Assembly (NCBI GenBank): GCA_918797485.1
Contig: CAKKNE010000006.1
Location: forward strand, 62,001-126,000
Source of the DNA: Pelagomonas calceolata
Taxonomy: Eukaryota
Length of the DNA stretch: 64,000 nucleotides
Direction: 5' to 3'
A program made the translations under genes and the position numbers. Below, in pieces: positions 1-9,318 of the stretch. A model generated the notes under the pieces. The model had not been told where the DNA came from, did not search any database, and was given only the letters and a program-made list of their open reading frames with translations. Numbering within the stretch: the stretch's first letter is position 1; each line of letters opens with the position of its first letter.

Positions 1-280
1 CGTAGTCCGGGCGTAGGCGCTCGCGCAGGCGCTTCCGCCGGTCGTGCTTGTCGAGGTTGGCGGACGTGAACACGTAGGAGCCCTCGAGCTCGTCGTATGC
101 TTGGACGATGTAATACACGAACGCGCCGTAGTCACGCCCCAGGTTCGGTCGCATCAGCGTGGGGAATTCGTGTCGCGCGTCGCCGTGTTCGACAACAACG
201 ACAGAGGCGGCCCCATTGCACATGGCGCCGATCTCACGCACGGCGGCAACATCGTTGTAGGACTGTATTATGACTCGCAT
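1..280 (-). CDS. DUF3431-like protein, partial (runs off the window edge)
   Basis: Manual translation from ATG at 280: MRVIIQSYNDV...PNLGRDYGAFVYYIVQAYDELEGSYVF, resembling the PNxGRE..Y..IV..YD.L...VF motif of DUF3431. Not in the ORF track. Confidence 0.55.
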   Translation of the reverse strand, partial: MRVIIQSYNDVAAVREIGAMCNGAASVVVVEHGDARHEFPTLMRPNLGRDYGAFVYYIVQAYDELEGSYVFTSANLDKHDRRKRLRERLRPDY

Positions 281-523
281 TTTTTCTTCTATTTGGGTCA
301 CCCACTTTTTTGCCGCTTTGGTGGCTTTCCTCGGGTGCCCTTGGGAGACCCGGGCCCTGATGCACTCGCGCCGGCCGCGCAGGGACAAACAGACGGCGGA
401 TGACCGCCGTCCGGGTGGAATTGGGTCTCAGTGGGTGTACCTGACCCGGGCAATAAGCCGGGCACTGGTCCCCAGGACGCCGGCGCCGACGACGCACACA
501 TCATGAATCACAAAGACCGCTAC

Positions 524-1571
524 TTACTCCGTGTAGTCGAGCCGTATCCGCCGCCCGCACAGCTCGGCCCCGTCGAGCTGCTCGAGCGCCGCGTCCGTCT
601 CCTCGCAACTATGGAAGGAGAGGTAGCCGCAGCCCTTGAACTCTCCCGAGTGCTTGTGCGTCACCCAGCGCACGCCGCGGATCGGCGCGACGGGCTCGAA
701 GAGTTTGCGGACGTCCGAATCTGTAGCTTCGTACGCCACGTTGCCGATAAATAATTTGAGCGTCCCATCGGCAGGCCGCGGCGTCTTCTCCCGTACCACG
801 GTCTCCTTCTGGCGCGTCTGCGAGTCGTTGCCGCGCGGCGGCCAGACCTGTGCGCAATTCGATTAGTGAGTCTGGCACTGAATCGAGCGGTGAGAGACCA
901 CACCGCCACGCCATGAGCTGACATCGCGTCGATGGCGTGGAGGTCATGATTGAGACGGCATGGCGACAATGGCATCGCGTCGATGGCGTGGAGGTCATGA
1001 TTGAGATGCGCCGCGACAATTTGATTTGTGCACTGGGCCAGACGTCGCCGGGCCGCGGCGGCGCGAACGCGATCTTCACCGGCCGGCCGCCGACGTCCTG
1101 TCCCGACCGCTTCACGGCGGCGCCCGCGGCGGCGGCGTCGCTCGCCTCGACGAAGACCGAGCCATAAAACTTGCCGCTCTCCTTGTCCGTAATTCGCTTG
1201 ATGGCCTTCAGCTCGCAGCCGCAGGCCTCGGCCAGCTGGTCGTCCGTGATTGACCACGGCAAATTTCCCATGAAGAGCCGCGTGGCTCCCGTCGGATTGT
1301 CTGCAGTCTTCGTCTTCGGCGCCGGCGCGGCTGGTGCCGACGGCGCTGCTGTCGGCGCTGCCGCGGGCGCCGCGGCGTCGTCGGCGTCCTTCCGGCGCTT
1401 CTTCTTCTTCTCCTTCTTCTTGTCGTTCTCGCCCTTGCGCTTCTTGTCCTTTTTTACGACCTCCTTGACGGCGCCGTCGCCGTCGACGATGCAGAACGCG
1501 ACGCTCGACTGATTACTCTTCTTCTTGGACTTCTTCTTTTTGCGCTCCTTTTTAGCGGCGTCGGCGTCCAT
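524..1571 (-). CDS. Two-RRM RNA-binding protein with Lys-rich N-terminus (nucleolin/NSR1-like); exons 1571-1044 and 847-524
   Basis: RNP2/RNP1 motifs LFMGNL..KFYGSVFVE and LFIGNV..KGCGYLSF. Removing intron 848-1043 joins ORFs 609..1799 and 524..799 in frame (PGD-VWPPRGND). Confidence 0.85.
848..1035 (-). mobile_element. Introner element, family A (intron 848-1043)
   Basis: Perfect 8-bp TSD GTCTGGCC (minus strand; 840-847 and 1036-1043). Imperfect TIRs CAGTGCACAAAT...AATTGCGCACAG. Internal direct duplication CATCGCGTCGATGGCGTGGAGGTCATGATTGAGA. Confidence 0.92.
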
Positions 1572-2406
1572 CGCTGCGGCTCGCGGTTGCTGTTGAGTGC
1601 TGTGCTGCACTGCAGTGCTAAGAGCTTGCTGCAGGCTTGCGCTTTTCGGCGATGCAGCGGTGAAAGCTGTCGCACTTCTAAGGATACGCAAGAATAACAA
1701 GGGTCGCTGCCAGGAAGGGCTCTGCACAGGCGCTCTCGCCCACCAAGCCCAGCCTCCGTAATTCCTAGTGCTCGTGTACGCTAGGTAACTCATCGGCATC
1801 GAGAGTTTCCTGCCACCGTCGTGGACGAACGGGCGGTCCAGTTGATCTGGAAAGACGACTCACGACCCCTCGCAGCGACACTTGTCTCTGAGGCGGAATA
1901 GCGGTCGCGAAACCGCGAGGTTTCACAGATATAAGTTAAGCAGAGGCAGACGCTAGGCGTCGACGGCGCGGCGCCATCGTCTGAAAGAAACACAAAAAGA
2001 AGAGAGCAACATGCGCTTCGCCGGCTGCTGCAACATCAGCTGCAAGCGCATCGACGCCGTCGAGCACAGCGACGACCTCGGCGCGAGCCGCATAGGCATA
2101 CTTACGTGTCTGCGATCGCGTCGCCGATAAGAAAGACCTGGCGAAGAAGTGGGCCGAGGCGCTGACGACCGGCGCCCAGAAGCAGCAGCCACTTGGTAAT
2201 CGCTACGACGGCGAGGACGTCTCGACCAAGAATCCGTTCCAGAAGGCTCTCGCCCGCGTTCAATCGCACGCTGGCCGGCCCGCTTCCTAGGAACCCCCCT
2301 CCCCCAATTTCCGCCCCCACCCCAGTGCGTAAGGAGCGGTCTTTCGTTCGCAATAGTTCGTTCCCTACATATCGGTGCCCAAGGAAGTCTTTCGGAATAG
2401 GGATCC

Positions 2407-3303
2407 TTACGAAGACGCCTCCTCCTTCTTCGGCGGGGACAGCTCCGCCGCGACCATCTTCCAGACGGGCTTGCCGAGGCCGCGCCGCGCGACGGTCCCG
2501 TCCGCGCGCACGGCAATCACAATCCCGTCCTCGGCCGCCGTCTCCGCGCCCTGGCCCGCGGCGACGGCGCACTCCGCCGCGGCGTAGGCCTTCCACTTGG
2601 CGGCGTCCACCGGCGGCGCGACGAAACCATACGAATCGCTCCGCCGGCCCATGGCCGCCTCGACGGCGTCCTCGGCCGACGTCCGCACGGGCACGACGAG
2701 GACCTCGGCGGCCGCGAGCGTCTTCTGCTCGATCAGCGCGTCCCGCAGGGCGTCGTCGACCACAGATGAAGGACCCGCGACGACCACAACCGCCTGGTTC
2801 GCCGCGGTCCGCAGCGTCTCGACGTTCGCGACCCTTTCACCCGCGACCGTGACCTCGAGTTTTTGGAGCGTCGCCAGGTTCGCGGCGATGGCCTCGTCGT
2901 CAATCGTTGTAGAAGGGGCGCCGTCGTCCTCCTCCAACCCGCTGTCGGCGGCGCCGTCGACCTTGGCGCCGTACGCGCACGCGGCGACGACGCCGAAATC
3001 CACCACCACGTTCTGGATGGTCTGCTCCAGCGGTAAAGCATCAGGTTGTTTGCTGACGGCGGCGGCGAGCTGCGTCAGCGCCGTGAGGCCGCCGACCGTC
3101 GCGGAGAGCGCGAACGCGCCGTAGATGAATTTGCGGACCGTGCGCCACGGGCTCTCGGCCTCCTGCAGCAGCTTCGCCTTCAAGTTCGGCGAGATGGATT
3201 TCTTGGCGTGCAGGGGGATAGCGTTGAGTTTGGGTGCGACCGGTGCCTGAAACGCGTCACATGCCAGGAGAGCATGCAGCAGGAGAGCTCGTCGCAGCAC
3301 CAT
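2407..3303 (-). CDS. LPA1: LPA1-like (DUF3493) plastid protein
   Basis: Signal peptide plus DAFQAP (ASAFAP-like) leader; LLQEAESPWRTVRKFIYGAFALSATVG motif followed by two hydrophobic helices. Confidence 0.7.
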   Translation of the reverse strand: MVLRRALLLHALLACDAFQAPVAPKLNAIPLHAKKSISPNLKAKLLQEAESPWRTVRKFIYGAFALSATVGGLTALTQLAAAVSKQPDALPLEQTIQNVVVDFGVVAACAYGAKVDGAADSGLEEDDGAPSTTIDDEAIAANLATLQKLEVTVAGERVANVETLRTAANQAVVVVAGPSSVVDDALRDALIEQKTLAAAEVLVVPVRTSAEDAVEAAMGRRSDSYGFVAPPVDAAKWKAYAAAECAVAAGQGAETAAEDGIVIAVRADGTVARRGLGKPVWKMVAAELSPPKKEEASS

Positions 3304-3424
3304 TTTTCGAGCAAGATCTCTACCGCTGCTACTAGTGTCGTTGAATTGCGACTGCGCCTTTGTATTGCAAGCGTGTGCGTGCAGCTTTATGGCTGTGACA
3401 AGGCAAGCTCCGGATGCAATCCAA

Positions 3425-3448
3425 GCTAGCGGGCCTGTAAGGTACTAG
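3425..3448 (-). promoter_or_regulatory. CTAG-bounded upstream motif (variant)
   Basis: GCTAGCGGGCCTGTAAGGTACTAG between divergent genes (starts 3303- and 3740+). Confidence 0.6.
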
Positions 3449-3739
3449 TTTTTTAGTAGGCTTCGTGCCCATCACTCCAGTCCTCCTCGAGAGGCTCGCC
3501 TGCCGCAGGCATCCTTCGGTCCGAGCGTCTCCACACCTTGATCTCGCAGCGCAGCACACGGAGAGGACAGCAAAAGCGAGAGGAGCGGTCGCTACGACTG
3601 GGACATCGCAGCCCCCGCGACGCCTCTGCGACGTAGCGCTGCTGCCTCAAAAGCGTCGGCCTCAGGGAGCCGGGGCAGCCAACCCAGCCCCCACAACCAA
3701 GCTCCTCCACCCGGCACGCCGCCGCCGCGACAGTAAGCC

Positions 3740-5134
3740 ATGGAGCGCCGCGAGTGGCGCTTCTCCGACGAGTCCGCGGCGGGGCGCCGCCAGGTCATGT
3801 CCCACGAGGAGTGGATGGAACAAAGTTCTGTCACGGCGACGAGTAGGCAGGAGCGGGCGACCCAAAAACGAATAAGGGCACAACGGAGCGCATTGGTAGA
3901 GATCACGTCGGCCCATGCGGCGAAGCGCGAAATCGGCATTAAGAGGATACTGAAGAAGCGCCATAAAAGGGAATCTAGGGTTGCGGCGTCGGACACGATC
4001 ATCAAGCGACCAAAACTGGAGGTCTTTGTGATTTGTTGTAGGCACCTGCCGAAGATGGACATGTTCGGTCGGGCCGACGGGTACGTCGTAGTGACTGTTG
4101 GAGATGTAGAACAGAAGACGAAAGTTATTACAAGGAACTACAATCCAGTCTACCAACAAAAGTTCATCTTTGACGTGCCGCCATTGACGGACGAACTGAC
4201 GATGGAGGTCTTCGACTGGGACATGGTCGGCAGTGACGACTTCATCGGGATGATTAGTGAACCACTACTCTCAGCTCAGACTAAGTCAGAGGAAGTCATC
4301 CGGAAGGTCTTGGTGAACGACGAACGAAAGTTCAAGCGCGAGGCCTGCGTCAAGTTTAAGCTGCGGTGGCTCCCGGAAGATTATGATGAGGCGCAAGAGG
4401 CGATCCAGCGAGGGTCGCGGAAGTCGCTCGACTCGAACCAGCGATCTTCGAGGGTGTCCTTCGACGATGATGGATTGCCCACGAAGATCCCTCGGTCCCA
4501 ACGGCCCTGGAAGTGCCAGCGCTGCAAGTTTAGTGAGAATCCTCCCACGGCTCAAGCGTGCGAGGCGTGTGAAAGGAACCGCAAGGAGGCCGAAGTTCCC
4601 ATCCGGTCGTCCTTCGAGATCCTGGCGAACTTCTTTGGCTTTTATAGGACGAAGTCGCGAGATTCGCGGGGATCCATGTCGTCGCGCTGGTCACGTTCAT
4701 CAAGGGGCTCGATCGACAGCGTCCACCCCGACAGCGACGAGGAGGACGAGAATGCAGAACCGGAGGAGACGGAGGAGCAACTCAAGGCCAGGTTAAGGAA
4801 GGAGGCGAACCTCCGCCAGTACTCCAGGAGTGCGGAAGAAAGAGAAAGGGCCGCGCAGGGCGCCATCAGCGACATGTTCGAGCTCGCCGAGGAGGACGAG
4901 AAGACGCGCAAGAAGCGTAGATATAGGGAAGCGAGGATCGCGGCGGGCAAGGACCCGGACAAGCAGGACGCGGATGATTTGCAGAAGGCGATCCAAGAGC
5001 GGAAGGAGAAGGCGGCGAAGGGCCTGTCCGCGGTGAAGCAGAAGTTCCGGAAGGCCGTGTTGGGCACGGGCGTCGCGCTCGTGGCCTTCGCGAACGACAT
5101 GAAGGACGCGATGTGGAAGGAGGACGCGTTCTAA
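3740..5134 (+). CDS. C2-domain protein with RanBP2-type zinc finger
   Basis: C2 motifs DMFGRADGYV...FDWDMVGSDDFIG; WKCQRC...ACEAC finger. Confidence 0.85.
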   Translation: MERREWRFSDESAAGRRQVMSHEEWMEQSSVTATSRQERATQKRIRAQRSALVEITSAHAAKREIGIKRILKKRHKRESRVAASDTIIKRPKLEVFVICCRHLPKMDMFGRADGYVVVTVGDVEQKTKVITRNYNPVYQQKFIFDVPPLTDELTMEVFDWDMVGSDDFIGMISEPLLSAQTKSEEVIRKVLVNDERKFKREACVKFKLRWLPEDYDEAQEAIQRGSRKSLDSNQRSSRVSFDDDGLPTKIPRSQRPWKCQRCKFSENPPTAQACEACERNRKEAEVPIRSSFEILANFFGFYRTKSRDSRGSMSSRWSRSSRGSIDSVHPDSDEEDENAEPEETEEQLKARLRKEANLRQYSRSAEERERAAQGAISDMFELAEEDEKTRKKRRYREARIAAGKDPDKQDADDLQKAIQERKEKAAKGLSAVKQKFRKAVLGTGVALVAFANDMKDAMWKEDAF

Positions 5135-5258
5135 CTTATGTGTTTTTGTGTACCTCTGGGTTGTCACACCGTCTCACGATTGTCACACGGGGTCCAGACA
5201 GAGGACCACCACACGACGCGCGCCGACGACAGTTAGAGATGACAATAATGAACAAGAA

Positions 5259-5693
5259 TTACGCGTCCGGCCACAGGGTCTTCAGCAGGTCCTCGTGCAC
5301 GGAGCCCATGGACCCCGCGGACGACGCGGACGCCGGCCGCTCGCCTCCCCACGGCGCATATCGCTTCGGCGCGTCCGGCGTGACGGAGCGGACGCGGCGC
5401 GGGTTGCCTATCGGCTTTGCGGTGACCGGCGGCGGCGGCGGCGCCTCGCTCAGGGGCCGCACACGTTTCCCACGCCGTGCGGGCGGCCGGTGCGCCACGA
5501 ACGCGAACGCGCCATGCGCCTCGAGGAGGCTCACGCCGGAGAAGTGCGGCGGCGTGGACGGCGTCGCGGGGTCGTCGATGGTCCCGGGCCAGTCGAAGTG
5601 GACGAGGCGTCCCTGGGCGACCACGGGCTGCGCGACGCCCGGCGGCGGAGTCGTCATGAAGTCGAGGAGGCCGCCCGGGGAACTACGATTCAT
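5259..5693 (-). CDS. Hypothetical Pro-rich protein
   Basis: ATG at 5693 (MNRSSPGG) with GC3-rich codons; no recognisable domain. Confidence 0.4.
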   Translation of the reverse strand: MNRSSPGGLLDFMTTPPPGVAQPVVAQGRLVHFDWPGTIDDPATPSTPPHFSGVSLLEAHGAFAFVAHRPPARRGKRVRPLSEAPPPPPVTAKPIGNPRRVRSVTPDAPKRYAPWGGERPASASSAGSMGSVHEDLLKTLWPDA

Positions 5694-6291
5694 GGCTGCT
5701 CCTGCGCGGGATGCATGTGATGATGGCGGCTGCAGCCTCCGCGCGCGATTTGGCTGCCGCGCGTCCGGGGGATGGGAGGGTCGGGTTGGGAGGGCGCGTT
5801 GCGGTACTTGCCGGTGCTGCGCGCCGCGGTGCGGCCTCGTTTGGCAGCTTGCTAATTGCTGCTGTGCCTTCCAGCCCCATCGAGAGCTGATGACGATGTC
5901 AACCGGGGGTCCAGACAAAACACCGCGCGACGCGTGCCAGCGCGTTAAATGAGATGTGGGTAGAGGTAAACTGGAGTCTCGGCGCCGCGGGCGACTGCGT
6001 CGCTTGCGCGATCGCGGTGCATGTTTACCACTTGGATTGATGATCACCGTCCGTACGGGTCTCACGCAAACATGGATGCCACCCAACTAGTAGCCTGAAA
6101 CGCCAAGACGACTAGGGGCCAAAAAGCTAGTGCCTTTAAGGATTAAGCTTTTTCACAACCGATTTGCAAATCAAAGTTTCGCGCTGCAAACGCAGCGTAG
6201 AGGAAACAGCTTACTCTGCGCTTGCACCCACGTCCTCAGTGCACTGCCGCGACACAATAGACACGAAATCACGCCCCATCAGCACGAAACC

Positions 6292-7530
6292 ATGATGGCG
6301 GGAGAGCGCCAAAATTACAAATCAAAATCCAGTACGACGGCGACCGCGCAAGCCGACGCGACGCGCAACACGCGCAACAATGACGGCCAGCTCCGCACAG
6401 CCGCTACCTCCGCTGCGACGGCCGCGCCCGTCAACGCGGCGCAAACCAGCGAGCTCTGGGTCCGCGTCGAGAGCCGCAGCCGGCCCGGGCGCTTCTACTG
6501 GACGACGACGGACGGCCTGCGGTCGCAGTGGACGCGGCCGGCCGCGCGCAAGATCGTGCCGCCGACCAACGTCGCCGGCAACCTCGGGAAGCTGCCCGGC
6601 GACGCGCTCAACCTGATCCTGGCGGACTACTGCGACCCGGCGGCGGCCGCGCGCGCCGCGGCGGCCTCGCGCGGCGGCTACACCGCCGCGGCGGCGCCGA
6701 AGGCCTGGCTGGCGCGGCTGGGTCTGACGCCGCCCCCGGGCAAGGACCCGCTCGCGCTCTTCGCCAAGCCCTCGCTGCGCCGCGACGCGCCGCGGATCAT
6801 GTGCTGCGACGCCAAGGGCCGCGAGCTCTTCGCGGCGCGGCGCCTCGAGGAGCTCGACGCGCAGGAGCGCCCGGACGAGGCCGCCAGGGCCTGCTTCGAG
6901 AAGTTGAGAAGAGACGACTGCACGCGCAATTTAGTTGCGGACGGCGCGCTGACGGTCGCTGAGCTCGTCGAGTGCGCCCGCAGATACGCGGACAAGGCGG
7001 CGCTCGGCTCGGACCCGAAGTCGCTGTCGCCGCGGTCGGCCGGCCGCCACACGTCCGTCGTGCGCCACGTTCTCTTGGCCGACGACGAGATCGACGCCCT
7101 CCTGGCGAAGCGGAGCCCCGCGATGGCGCGCCTGCGCCGCCGCGAGGCCCTCTCGGCGCTCGACGCGCTGGGACCGGCGCCGACGCGGCTCTCGCTACTG
7201 ACGATCGAGGCGGCGAAGCCCGACGCGCTCGCCTTCGCGGCCTACCACGCGGAGCAGCTGCGCAAGTGCTGCGAGCGCTTCCGCGGCGTCCGCGACCCCC
7301 GCGCCTTAGTCCGGGCGACGCTCGACTTGTCGCCGGCGCTCCGCGGCCGCGTCGCCGTCGGCCGCCTGCCGCTCGAGGACGCCTGCCGCTACACGGCGGC
7401 GGACCGCGCGCGCGCCGAGCAGGCGCTCCAGCGCAAGCGCACGGCCATGCGCCTCGAGGACTTCTCGCGGAAGCGCTTCCGGCCCGCGGCCGTGGCTTCG
7501 CGCCCGGTGCCGGTCTTGGGCGCGTTCTAG
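6292..7530 (+). CDS. WW-domain and F-box-like protein (start uncertain)
   Basis: WVRVESRSRPGRFYW...SQWTRP (WW) followed by LGKLPGDALNLIL (F-box-like). Confidence 0.65.
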   Translation: MMAGERQNYKSKSSTTATAQADATRNTRNNDGQLRTAATSAATAAPVNAAQTSELWVRVESRSRPGRFYWTTTDGLRSQWTRPAARKIVPPTNVAGNLGKLPGDALNLILADYCDPAAAARAAAASRGGYTAAAAPKAWLARLGLTPPPGKDPLALFAKPSLRRDAPRIMCCDAKGRELFAARRLEELDAQERPDEAARACFEKLRRDDCTRNLVADGALTVAELVECARRYADKAALGSDPKSLSPRSAGRHTSVVRHVLLADDEIDALLAKRSPAMARLRRREALSALDALGPAPTRLSLLTIEAAKPDALAFAAYHAEQLRKCCERFRGVRDPRALVRATLDLSPALRGRVAVGRLPLEDACRYTAADRARAEQALQRKRTAMRLEDFSRKRFRPAAVASRPVPVLGAF

Positions 7531-7604
7531 ATGCTCGCGCTCGCCGGGCGTTTTACACACACACAGAGATTCCCTCGCAGCCGAGTGGTAACTGATGCAA
7601 AACT

Positions 7605-9119
7605 TTAAATACTTACTGAGTAGTCGAGTGAGTAGTCTGGAACTAAATAGTCGCTATTGTCCGGAACCACCGTGACCACCTGTCCGTCGTACAGTCCGTG
7701 CACGCCTGCGTCCTTGAGGGGCGTCGCCAGCGAACTTGGGACTGCGTCCGCCGCGATGCCCCGGGTTGACCCTAGACTGCCGCAGACCAGTCCAAAACCA
7801 TTATCTGGCCCATATTGAAACTCCGCTTCAACATATTTGAAGAGCGCACCGACCGTGTCCGTCTCCACAAATCGGCGCGTAAAAAGTGGCGACTCGCTCT
7901 CTACGTCATCCTTGAACTTGAGCATGATGCCGCCGGTCCCGGGTTCCGGCGACAGGACGGCGTCGGCCCAGGGTTTCGGCCGCTTCCAGTTTCCATCTAC
8001 GTAATCCGAATCGGACCGCCGATAATCCTTGACGAAAAACGCAGTTCGCTGGGCGCTGATAGCATCGCTGCTAAGAAAGCGTCTTAGCCCATCAACGACG
8101 TAGTGAGCCTCGTATCTTGCGCGTGCGGGGTCTTCGACCGACTCCGAGTCAGAGTCGTTTTCGTATTCCCTCAGAGCGATATGCAGGCTATTGAACTCGT
8201 ACGTATGAGGCTGGTGGTCCTCAGTCGTATTAAAGCCGACCTTCAGCTGCAGTATCATCTCGTGAATATCGGCCCGGTCAGATACAGGGGGACGCGAATT
8301 CAAGTAGACGTATCGCTCGCCCAGCTCGCCGTCCATCGCGTCCGTGTCGCAGATCGGCACCACGACGCCACTGACGAGAGCGAAGACACGAACTTCGTAC
8401 CATGGCTCCTGGTTATGGTGGCCAGCCGTATCCAAGTCAAGAGGTACGATTAAAGTGCGCGGGTTGTTTGCCCACGGTCCACAGTCAGCGAGCCGCACGA
8501 CCTTGCTAGCGAACGCGTTGTAATTGCCAGAATTGTCCCGCTCATAGATCTCACAGAAGACCCACTCCTGCGCGAACGGGAGACGCAGGCTCGCCGGAAC
8601 CTCATCGCGCGGCCGCCACGCAAATACTTCCCCGTCACCGTGTGTGCTTCGGAACTCAGCGGGCGGCCACGCCCGTTGCCACGGGAGGAATTGCAAGCAC
8701 AGGCGTCGCGGGTCGCATCCGAAGCTCGCCAGCGACGCAACCGTGGAAGCGGCGAGACTGGACCCAAAGCTGAGCTCCGTGGCAACCCGCGGCGCCCAAA
8801 GGCGGTCCGCTGTCGTGAGGGTGCGAAGGCGGCGCGACGTAGCGCCAAGAGACAAAACCTCTTTGATTTGAGACGCCTCCAGGACCTCAAACACCATGTC
8901 TTCGGCGAGGCGACCGAGCTCCGTGCCATCGCGCCTCCGTCGCGCAGCCCGTTCCGCTATTTCACGGCGCCGGTCTGCCACCGCTGTCCAGTGCTCCGCC
9001 TGATCGCTGTGCCAAGTTCGTGCAGCGCAGTCTTGCTGGCTGGCGGCCTGTTGGCGGTGCCACAGTGCTGTAGCTTCATGAGCAGCAGTCAGCGGGTCTA
9101 TTGGTTCAGGTGATTCCAT
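7605..9119 (-). CDS. F-box-like protein with C-terminal UBX/ubiquitin-like segment
   Basis: LAEDMVFEVL...LGATSRRLR...DRLW (F-box-like); RRFVETDTVGALFKYVE (UBX-like); long ORF. Confidence 0.6.
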   Translation of the reverse strand: MESPEPIDPLTAAHEATALWHRQQAASQQDCAARTWHSDQAEHWTAVADRRREIAERAARRRRDGTELGRLAEDMVFEVLEASQIKEVLSLGATSRRLRTLTTADRLWAPRVATELSFGSSLAASTVASLASFGCDPRRLCLQFLPWQRAWPPAEFRSTHGDGEVFAWRPRDEVPASLRLPFAQEWVFCEIYERDNSGNYNAFASKVVRLADCGPWANNPRTLIVPLDLDTAGHHNQEPWYEVRVFALVSGVVVPICDTDAMDGELGERYVYLNSRPPVSDRADIHEMILQLKVGFNTTEDHQPHTYEFNSLHIALREYENDSDSESVEDPARARYEAHYVVDGLRRFLSSDAISAQRTAFFVKDYRRSDSDYVDGNWKRPKPWADAVLSPEPGTGGIMLKFKDDVESESPLFTRRFVETDTVGALFKYVEAEFQYGPDNGFGLVCGSLGSTRGIAADAVPSSLATPLKDAGVHGLYDGQVVTVVPDNSDYLVPDYSLDYSVSI

Positions 9120-9223
9120 TGATCGTTTCACCCAAGAGTGGTGGAGAAAATATTGAAATTAGTTGCAGATTAGTCGCGGTAGCCCTGCACTACTGGTTAC
9201 AAATCGTGTGCCAAAAAACCGCA

Positions 9224-9246
9224 GCTAGCGGCTGTAAGACACTAGC
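9224..9246 (-). promoter_or_regulatory. CTAG-bounded upstream motif
   Basis: GCTAGCGGCTGTAAGACACTAGC about 105 bp upstream of ATG 9119(-). Confidence 0.7.
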
Positions 9247-9318
9247 AAGCCGTGACCGTGTCGAAAACTCAGGGAATAGGGTATCTTAATCGTGAGAGGG
9301 GGGAGACGCCGCGCACTA

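Noticed and set aside
2011..2290. Coding-like + strand fragments in two frames (MRFAGCC... and ...DKKDLAKKWAEAL...)
   Set aside because: No consistent gene model without a frameshift or an implausibly short intron; possibly a small gene or pseudogene, but not supportable.
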